Below the pieces are notes generated by a model. The model was not told the origin of the DNA, made no database searches, and was given only the letters and a program-made list of their open reading frames with translations. A program made the position numbers and the translations under genes. From Hormiphora californensis (lineage: Eukaryota > Animalia > Ctenophora), in assembly GCA_020137815.1 (NCBI GenBank), contig CM035351.1, positions 9,548,001 through 9,612,000 of the forward strand: a DNA stretch of 64,000 bases. Reading direction: 5' to 3'. How positions within the stretch are numbered: position 1 is the stretch's first letter; each line of letters opens with the position of its first letter. Shown here piece after piece: positions 26,098-38,917 of the stretch.

Positions 26098-27669
26098 CTT
26101 GGACAAGGAATATGGAAATCCTTTTGGGGAAAATTAAAAACTTTTTATAGAGAAAACTGATAAATTTTTACTCTCTATTGCTCAGAGACAGAAAAACTGT
26201 TGTGTATCTTTTATTGGAAATAGGTTTGAACGAATGTGTAGAAAGATTTTTGTTGTAAGAGGTTGTGAGAGGTTGGTCTGGGTTTAGCTGCCCTATAAAT
26301 TTTTACATGCCCATTGGGGTTTAGTGGTGTGTGATGGATGTGTGTGATGGATGTGTGGCAAATGTGACGGGGTGTTACATGTACTGTTTGAGACAGAGAA
26401 ATCATTTTTAACTTTAAGTTTTACTGTTTGAAATATGTTTAATATAGACATAATGAGACTGTTGAGATTTGTTTTAGAGACTTGGTGAGACTGTGTTTGC
26501 TTAGGTTATCCTGCAACCCTTAAATGAACAATGTTTTTCTTTTTGCAAGTTTATTCAGGAGCAGTGCAACATAAACAATTGTATGGATATCCCTGCATAA
26601 CCCTCTGGTACAGGTGGGTTTGAAAGAATCTAAGAATATACATGCGTATAATACATCATACATGTTGACTGTTGAACTGACAGCCTGCAAAGCCAGGATT
26701 GAGCAGTAGGGTGAGATCACAACTACAAGACGTTGGCAATCATAATATGAACTCTGATTCTGAAACTGATCTTCCAGTTCCACATAATATGAAGCTAACT
26801 CATAAACTATTGGATATCATCCAAAAGTCTCTCTCACTCTTTTCCCTTCAAGCGGCACTACAGCTGCAGACAGCTTCTTATTGAATTTCTCAAGCGATAG
26901 GTATGAAACCTTGAAAACGGTATTGGCCTTGGGCTGACAGAAAGAGTATGTACATATCAGGGTAAATTTAGCTCACTTTGTCAAATGTCATGTGGCAAAG
27001 ATCAGGTTGGGCGCTACAGTGGTAGTACAAGTTCTGGTGGGAGGTTTCTTCGGTAAACGAAAATTGAATTTACAGGGGAGGGGGTCTCGGGACTCAATAA
27101 CCACGCTTTTATTCCATAATCAGACTCCCTCTGATTCCCTCAAGAAAATGTTGTAATTATTAATTTGCTCTTACATCAATGTCACAAGCACCACTGTTCA
27201 TCAAATGCGGGTGTGGCCTGTGTGTGTTGGGTGAAACTGCACATGTGTTTATAACACTGATCCTTCATGACCCACCTCGCTATGTTTTGTTTGTAACGCG
27301 CGGTACCAGACTTGTGATAGTGTGCGCGCTGAAACCTCGACCATGTGACAACACCAGGCGATGGTGTGATCTTGTCAGCGTGGTCAGTGGACGTCGTATC
27401 AGGTGATTAAAATAGACTATGATTGAGCCAGAGATAGACCTAAAGTAATCTTAAAAACTTGATAAGATTCCTAGATGCGTTCAATAAAAATTCATTTAAT
27501 TTTAACTGAAATCCCGTCTGGCAAGTTTCACTTTAGTTTACTCCCCAGGTGGTGAAATTTGGAAGCATGAAGCGCGTAATTTATTTGCGCGCTACTGCTG
27601 CGCGCACATAATATTAGTTTTTATTTTATTTCGGGAGTTGAGTTTTTTCATCACGTTTTTTTGCCCAAA

Positions 27670-27895
27670 AATTGAAAAGCGTTGAAAAGCGCTGCCTTAT
27701 CCCGCGCTGCGCGTGGCGCAGAACTATCGGGGGCCAGCAACGTTTGCCAATGAAAAGCGCTGCCTTATCCCGGGGGCCAGCAACGTTTGCCAAGCCCGAA
27801 CCAACCTTGAAAATTGAAAAGCGTTTCCTTATCCCAGATCCCCCTATCGGGGGCCAGCGGCGTTTGCCAACCTTGAAAAGCGCTGTCTTATCCTA
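27670..27895. repeat. Composite short direct repeats (gaaaagcgctgccttatccc / ctatcgggggccagcaacgtttgccaa)
   Basis: 3-4 imperfect copies of each block. Confidence 0.65.
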
Positions 27896-29142
27896 ATGGC
27901 TTATTTACAATATGCCCAGCATATGCCAAAAACGACCTCCAAAAGCGAGAATAATGAGCAGTTATCCCGATTGTTGAGATCCGTAAAAAGTTCGAAGGCC
28001 TCCAGTCTCCAGAAGACACGCAGCTCAGAATGCTCACCACAGCATGGGATGCCAGTACCCATCATACAAGACACCCCGGCATTACACATGATACTGGGTA
28101 TCTTACGCATGATATCAGGGTGTCTCCTGCTATTGGTTGCTGTTTTCTTATGATGTGTTTCTCCTGTGTGTCTCCTGGAGGCCTTTGAACTTTATACTGG
28201 TCGAAATAGTGCAAGTGGGCTTTGTTACAAAATGCCCAAAATTAAGCATTTTGTACCACCGTCCCACCATTTCTCTACCAATCTTGAATCTGCTCAATCT
28301 TGATGGAAGCTCAGCGCTCACCCCTGGGTGAAATAGGCGACGATCCTCACATGCATTTTAGTCGGGTTATCACCAGAGTTTAAACGATCTCTAGCGACCC
28401 TTCAAACCACCAGGAGACACACCAGGTTTACAACTAGTAGACCGTGCCCTGGTTTACGGTATATAAGTCCTATGTTATATTGAATACGAGTATACCCCCT
28501 GGACGGACCCTGATTGACCAGCAATGCCTCCCGGTCTTTTGATCCCTTTGGGAATTCGAGTGTTCCATAACTTTGCCCAAGGAATAGTTTTGAGACAGTG
28601 GTGACTGGTGCTCCGTCGTATTGGCTGCCCACATAAAGCGTTGTCTAAGAAGCGGTTTTTGACGTCTAAGACGCAGTACGCTGACATTGAATACTTTTTC
28701 AAGGGTCTTGGGCCCCGTCGTGGGCGGCGCTGTGCGTGTGGCCAATATGACACAGCACCATGATATTTCCAAATACATCTGTGTTATAATTTGGGATACA
28801 CTACTGATATGACATAAATACTGACTTGCTCATTTCAATTTTATTATTCTGGCTGCTTAACAAAATATAGCTGGTTTTGTTATGTTCTAACCCTCCTTTA
28901 CATTTGTAAATGCAGTACACGGAATAGGTCGGTATACAAATACCCTAGACTGTGTTTCGCGGGCGGGGCACGCAAAACAGAGTCTAGCTAGGCAAAGCTG
29001 GTTGTGATCATAGCAACCGGGCCCCGAAAGTTCATAATTTCGCATGTTTTTTGTGACCACGGCTATCCACCAAACTTTTGAGGAGGGATGTTGTCTTGGA
29101 TTGTTACTCGGTTTTATACCGTTTTAGGGAGGGCAAAGGGAG

Positions 29143-32100
29143 ATGTCAGCTGTTGGGAGCGTTATATTGGATGAGATCCCATCAACTTCTCGTGACAGCC
29201 AGCCAGGTATACTAGTTATTAGTTATACTAAAACATGTTACATAGAACTCTTTTCAGAGCCTCTCGAATTAAACCGCGTTATTGTTATTGTCATGTTTTC
29301 AGAGTTGGTGTTCGAGCGAGATAAGATCGCTGAAAGTGCGGGAAGCAGTGATTTGAAGAATTTAGATGTCCAAGTTTATGATCAATCTATTTTGGAACGG
29401 GCCGTCACCGAACAGGTAGGCAGTTTAATTAGCAGCTGTGTTCAACTGGCAAAACACTGTAGTACGAACAGGACACGATTTAGTTAGATAAACTGTTCCC
29501 CTCGTTTAGTAACCAACTGTTCCCCTCGTTTAGTAACTAACTGTTCCCCTCATTTAGTAACTAACTGTTCCCCTCGTTTAGTAACTAACTGTTCCCCTCG
29601 TTTAGTAACTAACTGTTCCCCTCGTTTAGTAACTAACTGTTCCCCTCGTTCAGTAACTAACTGTTCCCCTCGTTTAGTAACTAACTGTTCCCCTCGTTTA
29701 GTAACCAACTGTTCCCCTCGTTCAGTAACTAACTGTTCCCCCCGTTTAGTAACTAACTGTTCCCCCCGTTTAGTAACTAACTGTTCCCCTCGTTTAGTAA
29801 CCAACTGTTCCCCTCGTTCAGTAACTAACTGTTCCCCCCGTTTAGTAACTAACTGTTCCCCCTTGTTTTAGGCTGAAGCGGCAATAGCTCGAGCAGAGAA
29901 GCATCAAAAGATTCGATTCCTAAGGGAAGATATCAGCAAAGTTAGGATGGAGTTTACAAAGTTAAAGGAAAAGATTGGTGCTCTGAGCTATAAACTAGAA
30001 AGTTATAGAGACTATGGAACTCGCAACATCTATTATGAAGGTAGGTTAGCCCCATTGTAGTATGCTTTATGGGGAAGTTTAGTTTTCTCCTTCCGGCGAC
30101 CGACAAAATGAGAGAAGGGTTCTAAACTTTCTCACTCATTATGCGGCTAATAAACAATTAACCGATACTTATTCTCCATTATTATACAAGTTGCTGTGTT
30201 TAGAGACGTTGAAAGAGAAGAAAGAGCTGCAAGACAAGTTACCTCGCGTTATAAAACAACGTCGCTACTTGGAACACGAGTTAGAGAAACTAGAGGGATC
30301 TTCTTACCATGCCCCTCCCAACCTTCACTATCCTGACGAGATAGGACCAGTTGGAACAAGAACAACCGCCCCTCCCTCCAGATACTCTGTTCCTAAACCA
30401 ACTCCTAAACCCCGCCGTCCTCCCACTCCTCCCAGAATCATCAAGTAACTAACGGGGTTTAACATTTGTAGCGCGCCGCGTCCCTCTTCTGTAAGAAGTG
30501 GATAGTGTCAGCGTGGGTTACGTTTGTGTGTTTGTTCGTTAGCGGATTTTCCGACTGTGGTCACCATTCCGCCCCTTTTTACAGAGAGGATCAGGGATTT
30601 CTCCAGTCCCTATCGAAGGGGAAGGAATCTAAGGAAGACAAGATGAAGTTTCAGTCAGCACTGTACCGGGATCCCTTTGAAGCAAAGTACGCGGAATACA
30701 TCAAGGAACGTTAGTATATCAACTAGTAGTTCTATCTATAGATAGTTCTGTCTACAGCTAGTCGTTATGGTATTAGTAACTAACTGTTATCCAACTTCCC
30801 AGAGCTGAGAGAGAAGGGTTCAGAGAAACTGTTAGAATACCATGATCCTGACCACGGTTCTGACACTGAGTTTGAGGATCCTGATATGGATATTATAGAG
30901 GAACACACTGCTAAAAGGGCTACAGAGGAGATAGACTCTGAGGATGAAACTACCCAGCCTGCTACAGGTTAGTAGTGTGTTGTTGTGTGTTGCCACAGTG
31001 TGATTATTAGCAACTCTTACAGAAGGGGAGCCACCCAGTCAGGCGGGTAAGAGACGGAAACTAGAAACAACGAAAGATGATGGGGATCGAGCTGCCTACC
31101 AACTACGGTTATCCCAACTAACTAACACTCCACCTCGACTCCGCTGTATTAAAGGTAACCCTGATACGCTCATACACAATAATCCTCCTTGTTCTAACTT
31201 GTAGTTGCTAGTTCCCTCCTCCTTGTTCAAACTTCTAGTTGCAAGTTCATCCATGTTGCCCCTCTCTATCAGGAGATTTGAAGATGGAGCAGGGGACGTG
31301 GCGTAGGTTATACCGCTACCAACAAGCTGGGGTTAAGTGGCTATGGGAGTTACACAAACAGCAGTGTGGGGGTATTCTAGGAGACGAGATGGGACTGGGC
31401 AAGACCATTCAAATAGTCACATTTCTACAGGCGCTTGTTGTGAGTATATACAGGGTGGTTCAGAAACATGGAGCCACTTTGAGATAACTAAAGTGTCAAT
31501 ACAGTTCGCTCTCCGATGTACAGTGTAATTAAACACGTATTTTCACGGTCTATTGACTAGAAAAGGTGTCCCCTGAGGATTGAGATCGACAGAGAGTCAC
31601 TCTTGCATAAAAATTATCAGCCTGTCAACTGACAGGGTAACACGTTGAAATTTTGATCCGTACAATAGAGAGAGGATTGTATTTTTCCAACTTTTATCTC
31701 CAAGTGGCTCCATGTTTCTGAACCACCCTGTACTATATAATATCTGTTAGTTACCGTTGATTATCTGTTAATTAATGCATGTCCAGTGTCAGATAATTAA
31801 TAACTAACCCCCTATACAGGACTCAAATCAAGGAGTGCCGTGTCATAACCGGGGGAAGTTAGGACCAGTTCTAATAGTCTGTCCAACCACTGTGATGTAT
31901 CAATGGGTGAAGGAGTTTCACACCTGGGCACCCCACTTCAGGGTAGGCGAATCCTTCACAACTCAGGGTCCTACACTGGGTCAGACAGGAAGAAGCTGAT
32001 ACACACAGTTGCCACGGGTAACTGGTGGGATACTAGTGACGTCATACTCTGGTATCAGGATATACAGGGAATATCTCCAGAGGTACACATGGGATTATGT

Positions 32101-33899
32101 GATACTGGATGAAGGACACAAGATCCGCAACCCCCACTCTGACTATCACAGGCACTTGTAAAGGAGTATGACTACATGTCATAGAATTATATTATCTGGT
32201 AGTCCCCATCCAGAACAATCTCCAGGAGCTGTGGAGTCTCTTTGATTTTGTGTTTCCTGGAAAGCTAGGGGATCTCCAGGTATTTCTAGAGGAGTTCTCA
32301 GTACCCATAACACAGGGTGGGTATAGTAACGCTACCAAGATACAGGTCCAGACTGCATACAAGTGTGCCTGTGTGTTAAGAGAAACTATTGGCCCCTACC
32401 TGCTGAGAAGACTAAAGGCTGATGTGAAGATTAACCTGCCAAGCAAGAACGAACAAGTATTGTTCTGTAAACTGACACCCCTTCAGGAAGAATTCTATAC
32501 AAAGTTCCTCCGCTCAGAACAAGTTGGTAAAGATCCTGACCCACTCAACCCACTCTTTCGTGGGGCTGAATTTCCTCAAAAAGATATGTAATCACCCAGA
32601 TATATACACAGGGGACCCTTCAGCCAGGATGGCCATGCAGGGGACTATCTCTGAAGTGGGGGAGACAGAGTATGGGGCTGTTGAGAGGTCTGGGAAGATG
32701 AAGGTGTTAGCTGAACTCCTCAAAGTTTGGAAGAAGCAGGGACACAGAGTGCTCCTCTTCACCCAAAGCCGCAAGATGCTGGCTATCTTTGTGAGGCATG
32801 TAGAGGGGTGCGGGTACAATTATCTGAAGATGGATGGAGGGACTGCTATAGGCAGCAGACAGGGTTTAATAAGTCGGTTCAATGGGGATGAGAGCTATTT
32901 TGTGTTCCTACTGACCACTAAAGTGGGTGGTCTGGGAGTCAACCTGACAGGTGCAGATCGCGTGGTAATATATGACCCAGATTGGAACCCATCCACAGAT
33001 GTACAGGCCAGGGAGCGGTGCTGGAGGATAGGACAAACAAAGAATGTTACTATCTACCGACTACTGACATCTGGTACAGTGGAGGAAAAAATGTACCAAA
33101 GACAGATCTTCAAGACCTACCTGACTAACAAGATTCTAAAGGATCCTAAACAGTCTCGGTTCTTTAAAAACAATCAGCTACTAGATCTGTTTACCTATAC
33201 CCCTGGTCACAAGTCCCTCTCCACAGAGACAGGGTCTATCTTCGCTCATAGAAACGTAGAGATCACGAAGAAGGAGGTGAAGGAGAGAGTGAAGAAACTG
33301 AAGACTGGGAAGGTGAGTGTTGAGGGGGAGGAGCCTGTCTGATCAGGTGGTGGGTGTCACTGAGTACAAACCACCCTGTCACCCAGATTGACACCACAGA
33401 AGATGATCATGACACCTTCACCCTGGCCAAGATATTCACCTTCAGCTAATGTGCACAGTGCCCTCCAGCATGATACTATAGTGGGGGACACCCACCAGGA
33501 CATCTCTCTGATAGAGGAGGAGGCGGCCAAGGTGGCTAGTCAGGCCGCTAAAGCCCTCATAGAGAGTAGGAACAAGATGAGGAAGGAGGGGAAGGTGGCA
33601 CGGTTTGGGAATGAGGGCTCAGCCAGTCTACTAAAGAGGATCAGGGAGAGAACTGGGAAAGAGGCAGCTCTGTCCCGAGGAGAAGAAGAAGAAGAATGTA
33701 TCCCTGAATTTCTAAACTGAGAGATTTCATCATCTCTAAGAAAGGTGTCGTCACTACCAACCAGGTTATTGATGAGTTCCAGGACAAGATCAGTGTGCCG
33801 GACAATGCCGTCTTTAAGTCCCTTCTTATGGAACTGTGTGTGTTCAAGAGAGAGAACAAGATAGGGAAATGGTATCTTCGAGAGAAGTTCCAATCTTAG
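29143..33899 (+). CDS. ERCC6: Cockayne syndrome B / ERCC6 SNF2 ATPase (several apparent frameshifts)
   Basis: [17 protein letters not shown]-terminus; [32 protein letters not shown]; [10 protein letters not shown]; [25 protein letters not shown]; [12 protein letters not shown]; [26 protein letters not shown]; C-terminal winged-helix-like FKSLLMELC...WYLREKF*. Confidence 0.92.
29490..29862. repeat. 24-bp intronic minisatellite (aactgttcccctcgtttagtaact), ~15 copies
   Basis: Direct observation; produces the spurious VTKRGEQL-repeat ORF. Confidence 0.95.
31451..31730. mobile_element. Tc1/mariner-type MITE (280 bp) in an ERCC6 intron
   Basis: TIRs CAGGGTGGTTCAGAAACATGGAGCCACTT / AAGTGGCTCCATGTTTCTGAACCACCCTG with TA on both sides. 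Confidence 0.9.
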
Positions 33900-34181
33900 C
33901 TCTACCAAACAGTTTTTAATCGTAGTTTTAATTGTTTTATAATCTCTAGATGAGTGTGACCCTATGTATTACTAACAAATTCTCTACTTTGCTTTTTAAA
34001 CAGCAGTTATTCTCTTCTGATGTAAATTATTATTTTTACAATTCGTTGCAGACATTATCTTTCACCCCTAACCCCCCACTCCCCACTCTACCCGTTTTCC
34101 ATCTCCCCACCACAAGTCTATGCCCCTCTGATCCCACACTCCCTTCTAAATCTCCCTCCCCACTATATAGGTCTATGGGCG

Positions 34182-36302
34182 ATGTCTGTAACTCCAGTGA
34201 TACCAAGAATGAAGGCCCCAACTTCGACTCTGCATTTGCGGAGGCAGGAACAGCTCAAGAAGAGTTGTGCAGTACAGTCCCTAGCAGATGTTAGTATGAC
34301 GTCAGCAAAGTGGGAGGTCCGGCAGCAGCTCCAGGACAGATACAGGGCTATGTTGTTGGATAATCTAGAGCTGAGTATAAAGAGAGGTGTGGAGCTGGAC
34401 ATGTGGAGATACACGTGTTATAATATTAATCAGTGTCATGCAGGCTCATCTCTCTAAAGGTGTGGGTGGAATGTACCGGGCCTTCCTCAACTCTAGCACT
34501 GGGTTCTTCTCCCAGTTGTTGAGGGAGCTTATGTGATGTTCACCACAGGAGGATCACAGCTATGCCCCGGTCCCGGTATCTAGGGTTGGTAGATGGGGCA
34601 CATGATAGTAACTGCATGTAGAGGATCACTTCAAGTATATCTGTCACTTCTGTCTAGTGAAGTTGGGTGATATTGCCCGGTATAGTGGAGACAGTGAGTG
34701 TTCCAGGGCTTTCTATATCCAGGCTATCCAGGTGAAACCTCTCAACGGACAACCCTATAACCAGCTGGCTATACTGAGCTCCAACGAGAAGAGTGCCGTA
34801 GAGACCCTCTATCTACATGTTAGGAGTGTAGCTCTCAGCTTCCCATTCCCCGCTGGACAGGCTAATCTGAGCAACTGGCTACTGAAGTGTATCTCTGACA
34901 CAAAGACAGGACGGCAGGACACCCTTCAGAGTAACTTCCTTTATATTGTGTTCCGGGTATTGAACGAGAGAGAACCCATGACACTCCCTGATCTGTGTGC
35001 TGACTTCCTAGAGGCGGTCAAGTCCAGGATTGAGGTAGTTTCCCCACCCTGTACTGAGCTGTTTGTGAAACTGTGCACCATTCTAATGTATGTGTACAAT
35101 CAGTGTGCTGGTAAGGGTAACGACTACAGTCGGGCTGTGTATGGGCTGCTGTTTGAGTTCATGTCAGTGTTAGTATCTGTAATGGAGGAGGCCCCCTCCA
35201 CTGCCCCTAAACTCCTGCCCACTCTGACACTGCTGTCCCACTGGGTCCCCCTGGTCTACCAGAGAGATATGGATGAACTAGTGCCGGTGGGTCTCTGGTC
35301 CGATCTAAACAGCTATGTGCGGGCCCAGCCTCGTGAGGGAGAGGAGTGGGAGGCCAGGGCGGTTACTGAGGAGGAGGAACTTAGGGCCTTTGAGCCCCTC
35401 AGGATGGTACTAAATCACCTTGGTAGCCGGGACAAGAATGCAGGGTCAGGTGTCAGGGTGTGTAGGTTGAGAAAGTTGCTGCACTGGGCAGCAGTGAAGG
35501 GTATAGTGTCTACATGAACAGGAGCTGGTGATGGGCGCTACAAAGTCTCTCACACTAGACACTACCACACAGTTTGGTAAACCCTAATCTACCCATCTCC
35601 CCCATGTATCTTCCTTATCAAATGGTACCGGGTGGCCCCATCCCTGCACCATACCCAATGAACCCTGAGACGGCAGCCCCCTCCACCCTCCTTCAGAATG
35701 AACCCTGACTCCCCCTTTGTAGCCCCGGAACCACGGCGTGCCTCCTTCATGAGGCAGTTCCCCTCTGTCATGTACCACACCCCGGAGGCGGTGGGTCTAC
35801 AGGGTGTTCCCCACGACACGCCCCAGGAGCAACCTGACTACCAGAACTTCCTGCCTCCCATCCTATGTGCACTCCAAGTTCATGAGTAATGGTAAACAAG
35901 TTCATGGAGCCTGTAGAGCAACCCAGAATGATGGCCACACATCTACCTGATCAGAGGAACATGTACCGACCCAACCCTCCACCCCACCCCGTCTTCTCTC
36001 CAGCTATGCAACTACCAACTGGTGCTCGTAACACCCAACCAGCAGCCTCTCACTTTGCCAGGAACTTCCCCGTGACAGCGGCTGGAGAGCAGTTCCCAAA
36101 TCTGATGGATAACGGAGTCCCTAAACCTGTGAAGGGTAAGGATGAGGATCTCTTTGTGAGCTCAGCCTCCCCCTTCTCCCTGGGTGCAACCCCCTGGACT
36201 AGTACCTCCGGGCCTATAGCTAGAGATCTGGACATCTGGCCTCTAACGGCAGAGGATCACGACTTGTCATCTCTTCACCAACTACTAAACGGTAAAAAGT
36301 GA
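34182..36302 (+). CDS. SMG7: Nonsense-mediated decay factor SMG7 (Est1/14-3-3-like), apparently intronless, frameshifted in this sequence
   Basis: WEVRQQLQDRYRAMLLDNLE...VELDMW; CLVKLGDIARY...PLNGQPYNQLAIL; SFPFPAGQANL; EEEELRAFEPL; Pro-rich tail without a PIN domain; an alternative ATG lies at 34175. Confidence 0.85.
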
Positions 36303-36725
36303 GGGGACCTGAGAGTAGTGTCTTCAGAAGTTCAAATACAAGTAGAAGGAGCGTGACCTCATTGCGGGAAAGAAAAGACTAATGGGGTGCCCCTTTTAGC
36401 CTGAGAGATGATAGAAGAAAGAATGAGAGAGAGATTGACGGACTGTGTAGTAAGATAGAGAGATGAAGGAAGATAGAGAGGAAGAGAGAGAGAGAATGTT
36501 GTGTAATGAAAAAGTGGGCTTTTTATCACAATCTCAGTTTTAAACGTTCATCATTCTTAAATGATTTTTACACATTTTGCTATGTGCAAAATACTATTGG
36601 AGTGATATGTAATTGCCCTTGTGTGAGACGTGTCCAAGTGACTTCTTACTAAATCAACCTGTGTATATCTCTCCCATTACCTTCCCATCCCTCTTCGTTC
36701 TAACCCAGTATACCTCTATCTAGCC

Positions 36726-38033
36726 ATGTTGTGTTTGAGACATCTCCAAAGAGGAACCAAGGAGTTAGCAGGGGGCAGTACAAGGCTCCTCTCATTACTC
36801 AAACCAACACTAAAGGAGAAGGTCAACAATGCTCTTCTACCCGCTGTGAGTGTTGTAGACGAAGTAGTGTGACAAAGAACAGTTTATTTTGAGTGGTGGA
36901 CAAATAACAGTTGGTAGAATAACTGAATTGTAACACCCCCCCCCCCCCACCCCAGATTTATATGAAGAAGCATAACAAGCTCCCCTCTGAATTGGAGGAC
37001 AGGCTGATGTTACGACAACAGTTCGCACGGAACACAATGGGTGAATCTCTGCTCAACTCAATCCAGACGAGCATGCTGAGGACTGACTATGTGAGGACAC
37101 TTCACCTGCCTGATACACTGGGTAGCTATGTGACTATGTTGTCTCTACACAGCTACCCCATCCTAGTGAGACTCAAGCTGTTCTCTGCTGACGAGGTAGG
37201 GGGAGGTGGTTTGTTGTGTGGATCAAGGGAGAGAGAGGTGTTGTGTGGCTCACACTGGTTCTGTAGTTGTTGTTGTGATATTGCTCTGATAGTAGGGGAT
37301 GGTTCATTCTAAATTATCCCCATTTTACAGGTACGGACTCTTCGTAAATCAATTCTGGTAACTAAAATGTTTGAGGATCTGAAGATCAGACTAAGAAGGA
37401 ACAGAATGGATATGTACACTAATAGGAAGGCCCAAAACAACTACAATCAAACTCAACAAACCACCTACATGAGATTAGAGGAGGGACTCCTTTCTGGTGA
37501 TGGCAAGGTGCACACCTAATAAAACGCCGTATATCTGATACAGCCACTTACTTTAAAACTTATTGTAATACCCCATAACATGTTCCAGGAGTTAGCCGGT
37601 GCGATAGCTAGAGTGCTGTACAGACAGACAGAGGGAGGGGAGTGCACTATGCAGCAGTTACATTTAGTATCTGAGTGGCTAATGGAGACACTAGATGTTC
37701 TACACTCATACTCAAATGTAGGTGCCCAATGATGATGATATAATGATCCCATTATCTCGACCACCCCATTGTTACACTATTTGAATAATGACCCCCCTGT
37801 GATCTCATGATCCCCCTATAACTCCCCTATATTATAAACTAACCCCACACTCTGTTCAGGAGGAGTTTACAGAGCTGTGTGTGTTTGGGGACGGGTTCTC
37901 ATTCCCCTACCTGGGACACCTTCGACCCGAGAAACCTGACAAACTGTACACTCTAGAGGATGTAGAGGAACATGGGTTCCCAGAGCACCTCAAGGGTATT
38001 GCAATAACGGTGGGAGAGGAGGACAAGTTGTGA
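36726..38033 (+). CDS. UQCC1: Ubiquinol-cytochrome c reductase assembly factor 1 (Cbp3 family), ~5 exons
   Basis: Mitochondrial-type N-terminus MLCLRHLQRG; LPDTLGSYVTMLSLHSYPILVRL; MFEDLKIRL; LEEGLLSGDGK|ELAGAIAR resembles Cbp3 YDEG..SDD..LA.A.WR. Confidence 0.72.
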
Positions 38034-38345
38034 GGAGATACATGTGAACTGTCATTTGTTTGGAGAAGTAACGCAAAGATAAATCAAATTCCGTGGCCCC
38101 TTTCTGTGACCCTCTCCTATGTTTTGTGCGTTTTGTATTGTTTTGTTACTTCATCTTTTGGACATCCTTGATTTTTAATCGTCTCCTTCTCCCTCCAAGG
38201 ACTCTCCTCCCCCAGTTACTATCCCTCCCTCTCTCCCTACTAAAACTTAATCCTCTCCCCCTACTAAACAACTAACCCTCCCCCTACTAAAACTAACCCC
38301 CTCCCTCCCTACTAAAACTAACCCTCCCTCCCACTTCTAGCCAGT

Positions 38346-38771
38346 ATGACATCCCCAGCACCCACCAAGGAACAGCAGGAGTTCATCAGGAAACTTCAGA
38401 CTGAGAGGGAGAAGCTCCAAGTGTTGTCTAAAGAATACCAGAAGTTCATCACAACACGACAACAGTTTGATGCTCAGCTAAACGAGAACGAGCTGGTTCT
38501 GAGCGAGTTCGGCAGGCTGAAGGATAATAGTGAGGTATTTAAACTGGTGGGACCCCTCCTGGTAAAACAAGAGGTACCAGAGGCAGTCAGCACGGTGAAG
38601 AAGAGGATCAACTTTATTAAGGGGGAGCTGGAGAGGTGTGATAAGAATATTACAGGAAGTGAAGAGAAGCAGGCCCGCTCCAGAGACGCCCTTGCTAAGA
38701 TACAGCAGCAGTACCAAGCTAAGATGCAGGCTGCTGCGGCTGCTGCTGGGGGCGCTCCTCCTAGGAGCTGA
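38346..38771 (+). CDS. PFDN6: Prefoldin subunit 6, single exon
   Basis: RQQFDAQLNENELVLSEF...VFKLVGPLLVKQE..EAVSTVKKRINFIKGEL. Confidence 0.93.
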   Translation: MTSPAPTKEQQEFIRKLQTEREKLQVLSKEYQKFITTRQQFDAQLNENELVLSEFGRLKDNSEVFKLVGPLLVKQEVPEAVSTVKKRINFIKGELERCDKNITGSEEKQARSRDALAKIQQQYQAKMQAAAAAAGGAPPRS

Positions 38772-38917
38772 GGGGACTGTCAGTGACTCAATTTTTCTTC
38801 TTTATTTGTGTAAAAGAGAAAGGGGAGAGAGAAGCTTGTATTTGTATAGACCACCCACTTCTCTCATCTTCCTTTTTGATAAGAATATTGGACAATATTT
38901 AATTTGTTTACAACTGG

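Noticed and set aside
27896-28110. Minus-strand peptide GITAHYSRFWRSFLAYAG resembling tyrosine recombinase box II
   Set aside because: Too short, in a broken frame, and no other recombinase motifs found
29490-29862. Regular 24-bp array resembling a CRISPR locus or repeat protein (VTKRGEQL)n
   Set aside because: No unique spacers, no cas genes, eukaryotic intron: ordinary minisatellite
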